Translations under genes and position numbers: made by a program | NCBI GenBank assembly: GCA_013265495.1 | Contig: MU057801.1 | Location: 1,853,879-1,917,878, forward strand | DNA: 64,000 nucleotides | DNA from: Vicugna vicugna | Taxonomy: Eukaryota | Reading direction: 5' to 3' | Shown: positions 12,246 through 24,051 of the stretch, piece by piece | Position numbering within the stretch: the first letter of the stretch is position 1 | Layout of the letters: each line of letters begins with the position of its first letter | The notes under the pieces: model-generated | Told to the model about the DNA's origin: nothing | Seen by the model: only the letters and a program-made list of their open reading frames with translations | The model's database searches: none

Positions 12246-15200
12246 AATTGAATACAAGTTTATATTCAGTTTCATTCTCTTATTAGCATTACTAAAATTA
12301 TATTTTTAATAGACAGCTGTGTTTTGTTTTACACAATTCTTACCTAAAACTTCTGTCTGGAGAGCTACTTAATTTCCTCTTACTCTAGTGCGTGGATGGA
12401 TGAAACCCAGATTAACTGTCATTCTCCTCCAGCCGTTACTCGCTTCGGATTGCCGAGAGATGGTTTAAAAAGCCATGCTGATGCAGTGCTGAATACCAAC
12501 TTTAGAAATTATTAGTTCAACAAATCCAAACAAACTTCCAATCAAGAAAAGCTGAAGTGATTTCACAATGTGTCTGAATACTGACTTTTGTTCTTCAGCT
12601 TTTGGGTGTTTCTACAGCAGGATGAGGAAATGCCAACCAGGGACTAAAACCCCGGCGTCGTGACAAACATACGTTGCGCCTCGTGCAGCGGTGCAGGCGG
12701 ACGTGCCAGCGGTGAGCGCCAGGCACCGGCCCGGAGCGCCCCCTCTCGCTCATGCCGCGGCTGGAGGGGCCTGTCACCCTGTCTGCCACTGACGAGTACT
12801 TTCCTTCTTCGTCCTCAAGAAACGTGAATTACAGGATACTCTGTTTTCCCTCTAATTCGTATGCTGAGCCCATTGACAGTCAGGCGTTAGAATTCTCAGT
12901 GGCACAGCCCGCAACGCAGTGTCGTGCAGCTCCGGAGAGGGCCGGCCCGACGCCGCAGCACGGCTAGCGCGGCCTCCCTGGGCGCCCGGGGCTGGCGGGG
13001 CGGGGCGCTGAGCTCGCACTCCCACCGTGTGGACCCCGCGGGTGTGAGGACCATAAGCAGGGCTTCTCCAGGTTTCACTCCAAGACCAGACACACGAGGA
13101 CTAGCAGAATCTCTCGTTTGTTTTCTGTAGGACTTTCTGGCCCCTAAAATAAGCTGCTGCTCCTTTATTACAGGTAATAGCATTTCCAGAATCTGTTTTG
13201 CTTGTTTAACCCAGAATTCCACGTGGCCAGGACATAATTTTTCCTCTGATGCCCAGCACACGCTGGGAGCCCACACGTACCAGCACAAACGAGACCCAGA
13301 CGAGGAGCTGCTGCGTCTCTGCTGAGCCGGGCCGACGCGAGAGACAGGGCGCCGCGCTGCTCGCTCTGCTTTCTAAGATGCAAGGCTCGATCGATCATCA
13401 GTACTGCCATCAGCATAGAGACGCAGTCAAGTTGCTTTCAAGGGTGTCCCCACAAGTGCGCTGACATTCACAACCACATCTACCTCCTGAGACCAGGTGA
13501 GGACAGGGAAGGGGCACTGCTTTCCGAGGAAAGGAAGTGAGTGAGCGGGAACACTGAGCTTCCTGCCCCCGCGATGAGACGCGCTAGGAGGAGCAGGCTA
13601 ACGGGGTACGTGTATTAAAAATAACCTCCCCAGAAGAATGCCTCCTGGGAGCAGTCTTATCCAACTCTCACTCCAGAGATGGAGGAACAACAAACAGGGG
13701 CAGCAAGCAGCGCCCCTCGGGCTGGAGCTCAAGTGCCCCAACTTCCAGCTCGTGTTCTTCCCGCGCAGAGATGCTCCTCTCGGTCGTTGCAGCAGAAGTG
13801 GCCCTGGCTCACAAAGGCTTCGGTGTCGAGATACGGCAGCGGGCCTGACGGAGCAGCCTCCAGGGAGAGGAGGGGAATGAAGGACTGTAAGGTTCCGGGA
13901 TTCAGCCAGGATGGAGCGGAAGGAAGGCAGCTTCCCTGGGCCGAACCGAGCATGCGCCGTGGGCAGTGGCTGTCCTGACGGGCACCCGAGCCTCCAGGAG
14001 GCCACCAGGCTTGCAGACCATCCCATCATGTTTTTCCAAACAACTGGCTATTTAACCGCGCACCCTGATTCTCATTCCTTCTTCAGTATCTGACTATATT
14101 TTGGCAAAAGGACTTATTCCGCACTGGGAGATACATCAGGTACAATTTGGACTCCAAATTCCAGGGGCAGGTGGATCGCTTACAGAGACTTGCATCAAAG
14201 TGCCCCTCACCTGCTGACGTGGGGAGTCGGGAACTGCACACTCCTTGTCATACACAACTTTCGTTGTGGTCTTAGAACTGCGTCAATGCCAGTCAGGGCA
14301 GGGGCGTGTCAACATGATGTTGGGACAAATACGATGATTGAGTCAAAGAGAGTTCTTGGATTGTATCTAATGAGAAGTGTGACACAATGTTTGTACCTCC
14401 AGGCAACATGTATGAACCACGTAAATGCTGAAAAGAAGTCGCAGGAGAACCGGGGCCATCGCAGGGCTTGACTTGGACCAGGTGGAGGACGCCCTCCAAC
14501 CTGGAGGACACCCCGCCACCCCCAGCTGCCCATCCCTGCTCCCTGGGCTCGGGCAGCTGTGGTCGCTGGAGCCTGCCCTTCCTGAAGGTGCTACTGGCTG
14601 GAACGTCCGGGGGACCAGCAGCCCTGAGAAGCCCTTGACCCGTCACCAAGATCTAGTGGTCAGCACCGCAGGCCCCCCGCCTGGTTAGGATGCCTCACGC
14701 GAGTGGTCTACCCTGGCGCCTGCGGGTCCTAGCAAGACGAGGTCCCTGTCGCCCACAGTGGGGATGGGCTTGGTGTCGGTCCCTTTACTAACTGCCCTCC
14801 TGACTCACTCCCGCTCCTTGACGGCTGTTTCCTGGGACCTCCCTCCAAGTCAGCTGCTGGCACGTGAGCCCTGATTTTGGTCTGCTTCTAGGCAAGCCCA
14901 AGTCAGACAGCACGACCCCCGTTCCTCCTGGGACTGGTCTGAGCAGGGCTGGTGGCAGGGCTGGGGCGCACCACGGCGGCCCGCGTGCCCGCCCGGGGCT
15001 CTCGCGGGCGGGTCTTGTGAGTTCCAGCTGGGTGAACGCGACCCGTGCTCGCCCCGTCCAGCTGGCACCCGCTGCCAGGAGCGCGGAGCGTTGGGGTAAA
15101 CATGACATTTTCCTCACGCTCAGCAAGACGGGAAGTTCATTAAATTTGGTATAAATCTTTGCCTTTAAAGTGCCAGCTGGTGATTTATTTTCTCCTTCTG

Positions 15201-15764
15201 TTTAGACTTTGTGGAGCGTGGGTGCCAACCCCTGGAATCCAACCCAAAACCCCAAGCGAGGTCCTGTTGATAAATCAACAAAAGGCCTGTTTGCACAGCG
15301 CGAGCCAGACGCGAAGCCCCCGTCCTCGAGGCTCAGTCTAATGACCATTTTTCAATGCTATAAAAGGTGCCGTGTCAAAGCATCTTACTAATTCTCACCT
15401 TGGCTTCTAAAAAACATCCTTTGGCTGCCTTCCTTCAAAGAAAATCCGCAGATAAATAAACCTCTAAAGGAACTCCACGGCGGAAAACGTGTTTCAGGGA
15501 GAGCAGCTTGCTTCAGGGGGCCGGCGGCGGCCTGGGCCTGCGCATCCCCGTGTCACAGCGGGCGGCGCAGCCCCCTGGCCTGGCTGCCCCAGCCCCCGAG
15601 GCGTGTGGACGGGCTCTTGCGTGAGATCTTGGAGAAACCTAGGTAGCGTTGCTGAGACGTTGTTAACTCCTGCTTGCGCTCAGCTGAGGTTCGGACACGT
15701 GCCTGAATCTACCCGACCCTCCGTTTCCTCCTCTGGGGTTGCTGAAAGGATTAAAGGCACGCAC

Positions 15765-16030
15765 TTGTTTGTTCCTCCATCCCAGAAGTAGTACTGGGCG
15801 TCTATTCTGTGCCAGAGTCGGGCTGGGCGTGGGGATGGACAGGCGAACCCAACGGTCACGGCCAGAGGGAAGAAGTCCAGGCATCGTGAAGCAGTGAATT
15901 CAGAGACGAAGGAGAAAACGAGGCTGATGGAGCTGGAAGGGTTTCAAAGCCCGTGATAAGGAGTTTGGTCTTTGGAAACCACTAGAAGGTACTGAGCAGG
16001 GGAGGAGGGACATGAGAACGAACCAGAGGC
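15765..16030 (-). mobile_element. L2 LINE 3' fragment, decayed
   Basis: tactgggcgtctattctgtgccagagtcgggctgggcgtggggat and aaagcccgtgataaggagtttggtcttt...gaaaccactagaaggtactgagcagggga are typical antisense L2 motifs. Confidence 0.55.
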
Positions 16031-19000
16031 AAGAGAAGAATGACTGAAATAGTGGGTAATAACACAGAGCATCTGGACCAGGTCCCACACAGCACGGGCT
16101 TCAGCAAGTGTCGGTCCTCGCTTCCTCTTTGCCTCTTTCCCCTCGGAGAAGGGAGCCAGCACTCCGCCCTTCCCCGCTTCCTCTAAGGCGTATCACCTGG
16201 TAACTGTTAAGCTGTCACCTCCCTGCATGATCCAATTATCCACATGTGGGCAAAGATCATTCGTTCTTTGGAAAGAGGAAATTGGGAATTAAGTTTTATG
16301 AGCTAACGTAGAAAAGGCTTCTGTTTAACCAGAATCATCATAAAATTTTTACACATTTCCTACCAGTGCCTGTGGTGAGGCACAGGAGAGGCTGCCGGAT
16401 TCTGGAGGTCATGTGGTGTGATCAAGGACAGCCCAGATGACCGAGCAAGAGGGGAAGAGGTCTGCCTTCGTGAATATAGGCCTGCATCCTGCAATATTCT
16501 TGGCACATTGGTTACATCCGTTTCTGGTAAACAGGGTAGGCATTTGAAAGAACAAGGCAGTGAGTTGGGCAGAGCTATTGTTCATGGAACTTTGCAACCA
16601 GGTGGGACGTGAGCTTGGAAAACGTTGAGCTGCGTAGGCTTGTAGAGATAAAGGCATCTAAACTGCTGAATGCTGCTGGACAAAGAGAGTCCTGTTGAGC
16701 TTTTGTCTTTGAAGTACGCGAAAGACGGACGGAGACACACAGAGCCACGTCCCCGTCCACGAGCTTCGAGGAGACCGAGAAACCAAGCGGGAAGGACGCT
16801 TTCCAAAACAGAGGTCCTCAGGGCCCCCAGAAAGCTTCGTTCTGCTGTATATAGATCGAGAAGGGCAGGGAAGGGACGAGCTCATTACCGGGTGTAGATT
16901 TAACCATCGCCCAAGAAGAACGATCTTCCAATTGGAAATCTGAAAGACAGACTCAAAATCCAGACTCGGCGACGTGCTGGGGAGTAGCTCGGCCTGAGCA
17001 GGGGGCCTGAGGCACCGGCAGGCGGGACCACAAAGCTGTCCCAGGAGTGAAAGCAAATCACGAGAACTGTCAGCAGGCTACAGACAAGCAAAGCTGGCTA
17101 TGTTTTTCAAAGACTTACTAGGCTGTGTTCTGAAAGTGATAAACCAGCGAGTATGTGGCTGATGCCCAAAAGAAATCCTAGAATAAAAATTTAAACGAGA
17201 TTTCTGAGCTCTTAATAAGGAGTGAGCATAGGAGCCCAATGAGGTCACTACACGTGGCTGTTGATCCATTTCTCATCACGTTTCTGAAGAGGGCGTATCT
17301 GGACCACACGAGAGCGGCTGGGACTGTTTCCGGGAGATTCGGACAGTCACCTGCTAAGAGAGGATCCTGCCAGGTACTTCCAGATCAGAGAGGCGCCTTG
17401 CTGATGCAGAACGAAGATGAATTCCTCACTGTGTCGCATCACGCCATCTGCTCGGGGCAGAGGTTCCCATCCTGGATTTTCTCTAAGGGCAAGTGGACAA
17501 ATCGACCTATCACGTCCTTCCCGCGAGTTCGACAACACGCAGAAAGGAGCCGCTCCCCTGTGAGCGGAGTGGTAGGTGTCATGTCACATCACTGCTCTTC
17601 CTGCTGGGCAATGCTGTCCTCCCTAGCAGATGGGCAACAGTGACTGTTGCTGTCTGGATACAAGTACAGCTTTAGTGGCGTTGTGTTTGGAATTAGCTGA
17701 GCGATCACTGCCCTCTAGTCCTCCACCGACACTGGGGGGCGGAACGAAGTTATACATTTCCACGAGGAGCCGTGAGGAAGCGCCATCGCTTCTGCAGGGG
17801 TTTCAGCTCAGCCGGGAGGCTGGCAAGGTGGGCTGTAACTGGGACGGAGGGGCCGTGATCCCGCCAGTGAGCTCCACGCCGGCATGGCCCCGGGGAGCTC
17901 TGCACGGCGGGGACCTTACCCGTCTGCGCTACATGCACACTTGGCCAGGCTGTGTAAACTTTGACATGTGGGTGTCAGTCTTTCTCATATTTGCAGATGG
18001 CTTTATCAGAGCGTGATTGGTTTCCAGAACAAATTTGAGCAAAAGGAAACATTACCTGCAGTGCGTAAGCCAGCGGACCAGCTAGTCTTCAGATTTGTCT
18101 GTTTACATGGGCACCGGCTGTCTTGCTAAGGCGCTAAAACTGCTGGTGATTGAGCAGTGCCAGTGTGTCAGTGGGAGCTGATGAGTTGTAAAGGTTTTAT
18201 AAACAACCAGGGTGGATTTGGCCACAGCCTCACTGGTAATGTTTGTTAATCTCCCGGAGCAAGTGTGCACCTAACACAATGTAAATACTCCAGAATTTGG
18301 AGGTGTCAATAGTGTAACTTTTACTGTTTGGAAAATCATTCTTTGATATCATCAGTAAGTTTACTGAATGTCCCATGGCCAAATATAATAAAACCTTAAG
18401 TAAGCGCTTGCAGAGAAATGAGGGAAAACATGTGTTTTATTTTCACTCCGCTGCCTGTTTGTTGAAGGATCACCGCGGACAGATAAATACAGTCGTGACT
18501 GCCCGCGTGCAGACTCCTGCGTGGCTCCCGGCGAAGGTTAGCTTTATTCCACTCTCAGAAGGAAAAGTGTCGTTTACAATTACTGGATGACTTTGTTTAC
18601 GTAGTTTGCAGAGAAAGTCTTACCGTAGAACTTTCAGGGAAAAACCTTTATTGTCCCCAGATTATCAGCAGAGAAGACAAAGTTTCTTCAAAATTATCTG
18701 CAGCAGAATTGTCGGGGGGTGGAGCCGGTGTCCGCTGTGTCCAGTCAGGTACGAGCTTCCCGGGTGCACACCTGTTTGTGGGCGTGGCCGTGCCTTCAGG
18801 TGGTGTCAGATGCGGGGTGCTGAGACCTCCGCTTAGGTCCCAGCCGCTTTGTGAGCCACTAGGGGGCCTGTCCATCTGCAAGGGTTCTCTGGACAGGGAG
18901 GAAGAATCTTTCTGAATATCAGAGAAAAATCTTTGAAAGAATTTGGGGGGGTGTATAGAACCTGGCTGACCACTCCTCTAACCCATTCCTTCCCCATTGT

Positions 19001-22000
19001 TGATTCCCGTGAAAACCTGGGGGATGCGCGGTGCCCCGAGGTCCATCGGACCAGATGAGAGCCCTCGGGGTGCACGGCCAGCCCCTCTGGCCGCAGTATT
19101 GATGGATGGCAGAAGAAATGAAGCAGCGGTGACATTTTAAAAGGGAATTTGCGAGCCGCAGATATGAGCATGGCTGGCTCGGCGTGGCAGCGCATAAAAT
19201 CAATACAAATAACCCAGCCTTAATACCTTGATCCGGGCAGGAGGCTGGCTGGGCCGCGTCGACCTGCTCAGAGAGGCGTTAAGCCATCCACAATTAGGAG
19301 GCTGCTTTTTGTTTTTTGTTTGTTTTTTTTTTTTTGAGTCATTTCTTTCCCCAGAAATAATTTTCCGGGGAAATGTGTTCCAGGGTAAATCATACCTTTG
19401 AAACCATCCTCTCAGCATCACTGATCCCGCCGCTATGTCCCCGCAAAAGCGACGTCGCTGTGCCCTTCTCTCCACGTTTGCGAGTTGTCTCCGTTTCTGA
19501 ATCTGTGAAAATACTGTGAAGACGTGCGCTGCCTTCCCCCGGGGGTTCCCGAAGGCCGGGAGTCGGCTCGCAATCACGCACCCCGCTCTCCACTGTGGGA
19601 AGGACGTCGTTTTCTCTTCTTCACGGCATGAGCTTCTCGGCGCACAACTAGGTTTGTGCAGCCAAGGACACGGCAGGAACCAAGGCCCGGTGTGGGGAAA
19701 GGACAGGACTCCGTCGGCTGCAGCATTAAGTGCATTTTGCGTAACTGCGTTTAAAGACTAAAAAGAGCCCTGGGGCCAATTTGCTTTGGAAAAGATATTT
19801 TTGAATCCTTTCTATTTCTGGCTTTACTTCCTCCTGAGATGTTCTGGTGAAATGTGAGAACTCAGAGATGACAGTGTTTAAGACTGTGGAAGGTGAGTGG
19901 GTCGAGCACATGGAATGAGGCGGTGGCGGGGACACACTTTTTGCCAAAGACAGGTTTCAGCCGCTTCTCTTGTGCGCGTCCTGGTTCGGGTCTATGCGGA
20001 GGAAGCAGAGGGCTCACTGCGCTTCCCAGCGTGCAGGTGGCCCCTGCCGTCAGGGTGAACACCGAACACCGTCCGAGACCTCTCGCCCTCTAGCTCCTAG
20101 TTAGACGTCCGGGTCGCCGGGCAGCGTCACTCGTAATCCAGAGACCTGGCTGACTAACCGGGCGACCTTTAAATAGCGGGGCGCATGCTCTCCCACAAAA
20201 TGGAGATTAAAAAATGGACACATGGGAACTTATTTCCTCAATTGTGCGATTCAGTGCTTGGAAGGAGGGCCAGTAACGGCCCTTGCAGGCCCGTGTGAGT
20301 GGAAGGCTTAGACGGGCGCTGCCTCTCCCACGATTAATTGTTTACTTTTATAAAGGGTGGCCCTCTGCCTTTTCATCCCGGGGGATGCGGGACATCCCGG
20401 CACAGAGGCCCCTGCCTGTAACCCTGTGTCGCTGAGCTGGGAGGAGCTGGAAGGTGAATGGTCCTCACCCTCCACTCAGCTTGGTCTTCGGGGCCGAGGA
20501 CATCCCAGCCGGAATCAAGGCTTCTGCCGCGGCCTCGCAGGCGCCAGAAGAGCCAGGCGTGACGGGGCCGTGACTGCAGGTTCCGCGGGTCTAAAGCCCT
20601 GGTCCTGAAATCCTCTGCCTCCGGAGCCGGAGCGTGTGGGAGCCGGGCCCGGGGGGAGAGTCACGGCCACAGGGCGCTGCGTCGCCTAATGTGTGTACAG
20701 AGTCATTCTGTTTGTTTGTAGGTCCTTAGGAGAAGGGTGTCTGGTGTTGACTTTTTGAGGCTAAAATTGTTTGAATTTTCTATCCCGGCTCTAAGCCACC
20801 TTCCAGAGGGCCCTTTTTTTTTTTTCATGCTGTTTGTACATTCATTACCTCTTTAAACGTCGTGAAGTAGTAAACAGTCCTTCTCTCCCCGTCCACCATT
20901 GTCAAGAAGAATGGGGCAGACGGCCGCGAGCCGCGTCAGCAGCTAGCCAGCCCTGGTCATAAATATTGGAGCTTTGGGACAATTAACCCCCCCGCACGTG
21001 CAGCCCTGCAATTCCTCAGTGAAGGCCAAGTCACCTCGGAGCAGAACGCGGGGGCCTGGGCGTGCAGGTCGGAGTGCACTTCCAGGAACACCGCTGACCC
21101 AGGGCCCTGACTTGGGGATTGGTGGGCGGTTAGGAGAGCTGGGAGGGGCCCGGGAAGCTGCGCCCTCTGTGTCTGCGTGAAGGCGCGCGCACCCCCGTGC
21201 TCGCTGCACCTGGACGCGACGCCTCGAGGCCACCCTGCGCTTTTCTTCAGTTCAGGCGACGGTGAAGGGGCTGAAAACACCTTCTCGGGGAAAACCATTT
21301 CCTTCCAGCAGTCCGATTCCTGAAGGAAGGGACCCACGTCCTGTTCCTGTGGCTCAGGAGGGGGTGGGCCAGGAACGGGGACAGGGTGGGTCCGTCTGGC
21401 TCCTCCGCCCGCTGGAGGAGAGTTCGCCTTGCTTCCTGCGGGCCAGCAGGTCAGAGAAGGCTTGGGAGGACCACACTGTCAGCTTCAGTTAACCCAGGGC
21501 CCTGCTGGTGACCTGCTGGCCTCAGAAGCACCCTCTCTTGTGAGGGAGCCCCTGATATGGCAGCTAAAAGGCCAGGCGAGTTTCAGCAGGTCCCCATGCA
21601 GAGACACTCAGGACAGGGTCCTGGTGCCTTTCGGTCCTGGTTTTGTGCGTCACTGTGTCTCCGTGGTGGGCTTCAGTTTGAAGCTGGACTGGCCTGACCT
21701 GCATGCTCTCCTGGCACAGAAGCACATTCAGCCAAGGAGCACCTGCAGTGAGCGGAGCGGGGCCCACCCGGGCGAGAGGCGTGGGTCCCAGGGCAAGGGG
21801 TGGGAGGCGACCCAGGAAGCATCCAGCAGGGGCTCCAGGAGGAGGGTGGAATCACCGCGTCCTAGGCGCCCTCTTCTTCCTGAGGACGGCCTCCCCTGGG
21901 GACCCACATGCGTCTGAGGAGGTCAAACCCTGCCCTCTGACCAGGGGCCGCGTGCGGTCAGCCCCCTCAGGCTGCGGCTGGAGCTGACAGAGCTCAGAGC

Positions 22001-22148
22001 AGGATCCACTCTACCCACCTGGACAGGGCCCTGGGGTTGAGAGGATGAGGTGGAAGTCCCGTCTTCCTCCATGAGCGAGGGCTGGACCAGGCCTGGGCTG
22101 GGGCCCTCCTCCTGGAATCCCCTGGGCTGATTTCCTGGCTCATCAGGC

Positions 22149-22176
22149 GTCAGGGACCGTCAGGGACCGTCAGGGA
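22149..22176. repeat. 10-bp tandem repeat (gtcagggacc) x ~2.8
   Basis: gtcagggacc gtcagggacc gtcaggga read directly. Confidence 0.85.
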
Positions 22177-23914
22177 GCCAATGGGCAGGACAGCAGATGA
22201 CACGGGGCAGGTCCAGGGATGAACAGAAAGATGGGAGGTTCAGGACGAAGGCAGGCTACAGAAGGCATCCCCTGTGGGTTAGTGGGGTTAAAGCTCCGAG
22301 AAGGAACAGTGTGAACGTGTAAGGGTCCCTGAGCCTCTGTCCCAGGAGTTTCATTGCGTCTCATTAGGGCGTCTCTAGCTGAGAGGCGTCCTCTGACCAG
22401 AGGGCGCTGCCGGCACTCACTGAGTCTGTAAATGGGCAAGTCTCTAAAACCTGTTCAGGGTCACAGAAAGGTCCACCCTCAGCCATTCCCTGTTTCTCGT
22501 AACGACATTAGGCACCAGTGTCACTCTTGTAGGCAGGGTCTCTGGGGAGTAGATGCGCAGGGGAGGAAGGAGCATGCGAGGCTCACTGGGGGACCACGGT
22601 GTAAAGGGACCTCTGGGAGGAGCCGGGGCCGCCAGAGCACAGGGCACCTGCGGAGACGCCTCTGCCCACGCGTGGAATCGCACGGGGCGCGGAAGCCCTG
22701 GACCCCGGGAGGGCTCAGAGCCTGGGGTGTGTCTGCAGGCTGCCAGCCAGCCTGGCCCCCGGAGCTGGAAGGAGAGCCCTTCCTGGGAAGTGAACCAGGC
22801 AGGCGCCTCCGGGTCCGCCTGGAGGACATCACCTGGCGCCGTCATCACCCGGAGACTCGCAGAGACCGACACCCTGCTGAGGACTCGCTCCGTCACTCCG
22901 CTCTCCTGCCCTGGGTCTGACCTGCCTGGACGGACAGGATGGGAGATTCTCTGAGAACTGGGTCAGGTGCATCCTTGGAGAGAGCCTGCCTCATCCTCTC
23001 ATGGGACGGTTATACACTCCGTTGTGCAGCTTCCCTTTCCGCACCGGCCCCCGGGAGTCTGAGGGCGGTTTTAGCCTGGATTTTGATAAATGGTATCTGT
23101 AACCTCTGATTCTGCATGAGTTTTGAATGTGCATCCACCTGTTTTAGTGCTTATATTTTATGCTTCAGCTCCATGAATGCTTCCTTGGAAGCATAGAGAT
23201 AAGGACACAGACATCACGTGGGAGCAGATACAGACATCTGTTGTCCCGGGGTCACCCGGCTGCCTCTGCTTTTGTCTGAACACATCCTCTGCTCCAGGCA
23301 CCTCTGCCTTCCCTTTGGCTTTCCAGGTGCCACACCCTGTGCGCATCATCCCCATCACTTGACACTGACACTCCGTGAAGTTTAGTCCAACTCCGGAGGT
23401 AACAACACACGAAGGAACCAAACACACAAAGTGTCTCTGTAACGTGGGCTCCACTGCCGAGATGTGCGCCCCGTTTCGGCCCCGCCACCTGCGAGCTGGC
23501 CCCCTGGGGAGTCGCTGAACGTGACTCATCCGTGACATCCGTGGGACTGAGAACACCTTCCTCCTGGGGTGGTTCTGAGAATGAAATCAGACGCGTATAT
23601 GAGGCCCTTTGTGCCCAACTGCTTTGTTTCCCATCCTTGGGAGCGCCCGCGACTACGGCCCGTTACAGCGGAGAGCACCCGACCGGAGTCCTCGCGGGCG
23701 CCCCTCCGGGTCGGGCGCACAGCCGTGTGCCGCTGTTTCCTGCTGGGGGGCTCCTCGGACGATGAGCGGTACTATTTTTCCGGCTTTCTTTTCTGTCCCT
23801 TGGTTCCTGGCAGGGCTAGTGAGAGCACCGCAAGTTATCGATCGCATGATGCTTAAGCCCTGTACAGGTTGTCATCTCATCAGAACTTTGGCCGAGCGGG
23901 AGGGGTGGCACGCG

Positions 23915-24051
23915 GCCCTCAGCCCTCACGAGCCCTCAGCCCTCACGAGCCCTCAGCCCTCACGAGCCCAGACACATGTCTTGAGGAAACAAGACTCACG
24001 AGCCCTCAGCCCTCACGAGCCTGCCCAGACACATGTCTTGAGGAAACAAGA
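23915..24051. repeat. Compound minisatellite: 17-bp unit (gccctcagccctcacga) x4 plus a duplicated 29-bp block
   Basis: 17-mers at 23915, 23932, 23949 and 24002. Identical 29-mer gcccagacacatgtcttgaggaaacaaga at 23966-23994 and 24023-24051. Confidence 0.95.

Noticed and set aside
23915..24051. Repeat-spacer-like pattern suggestive of a CRISPR array
   Set aside because: Eukaryotic context, head-to-tail units, identical spacers and no cas genes. It is a minisatellite.
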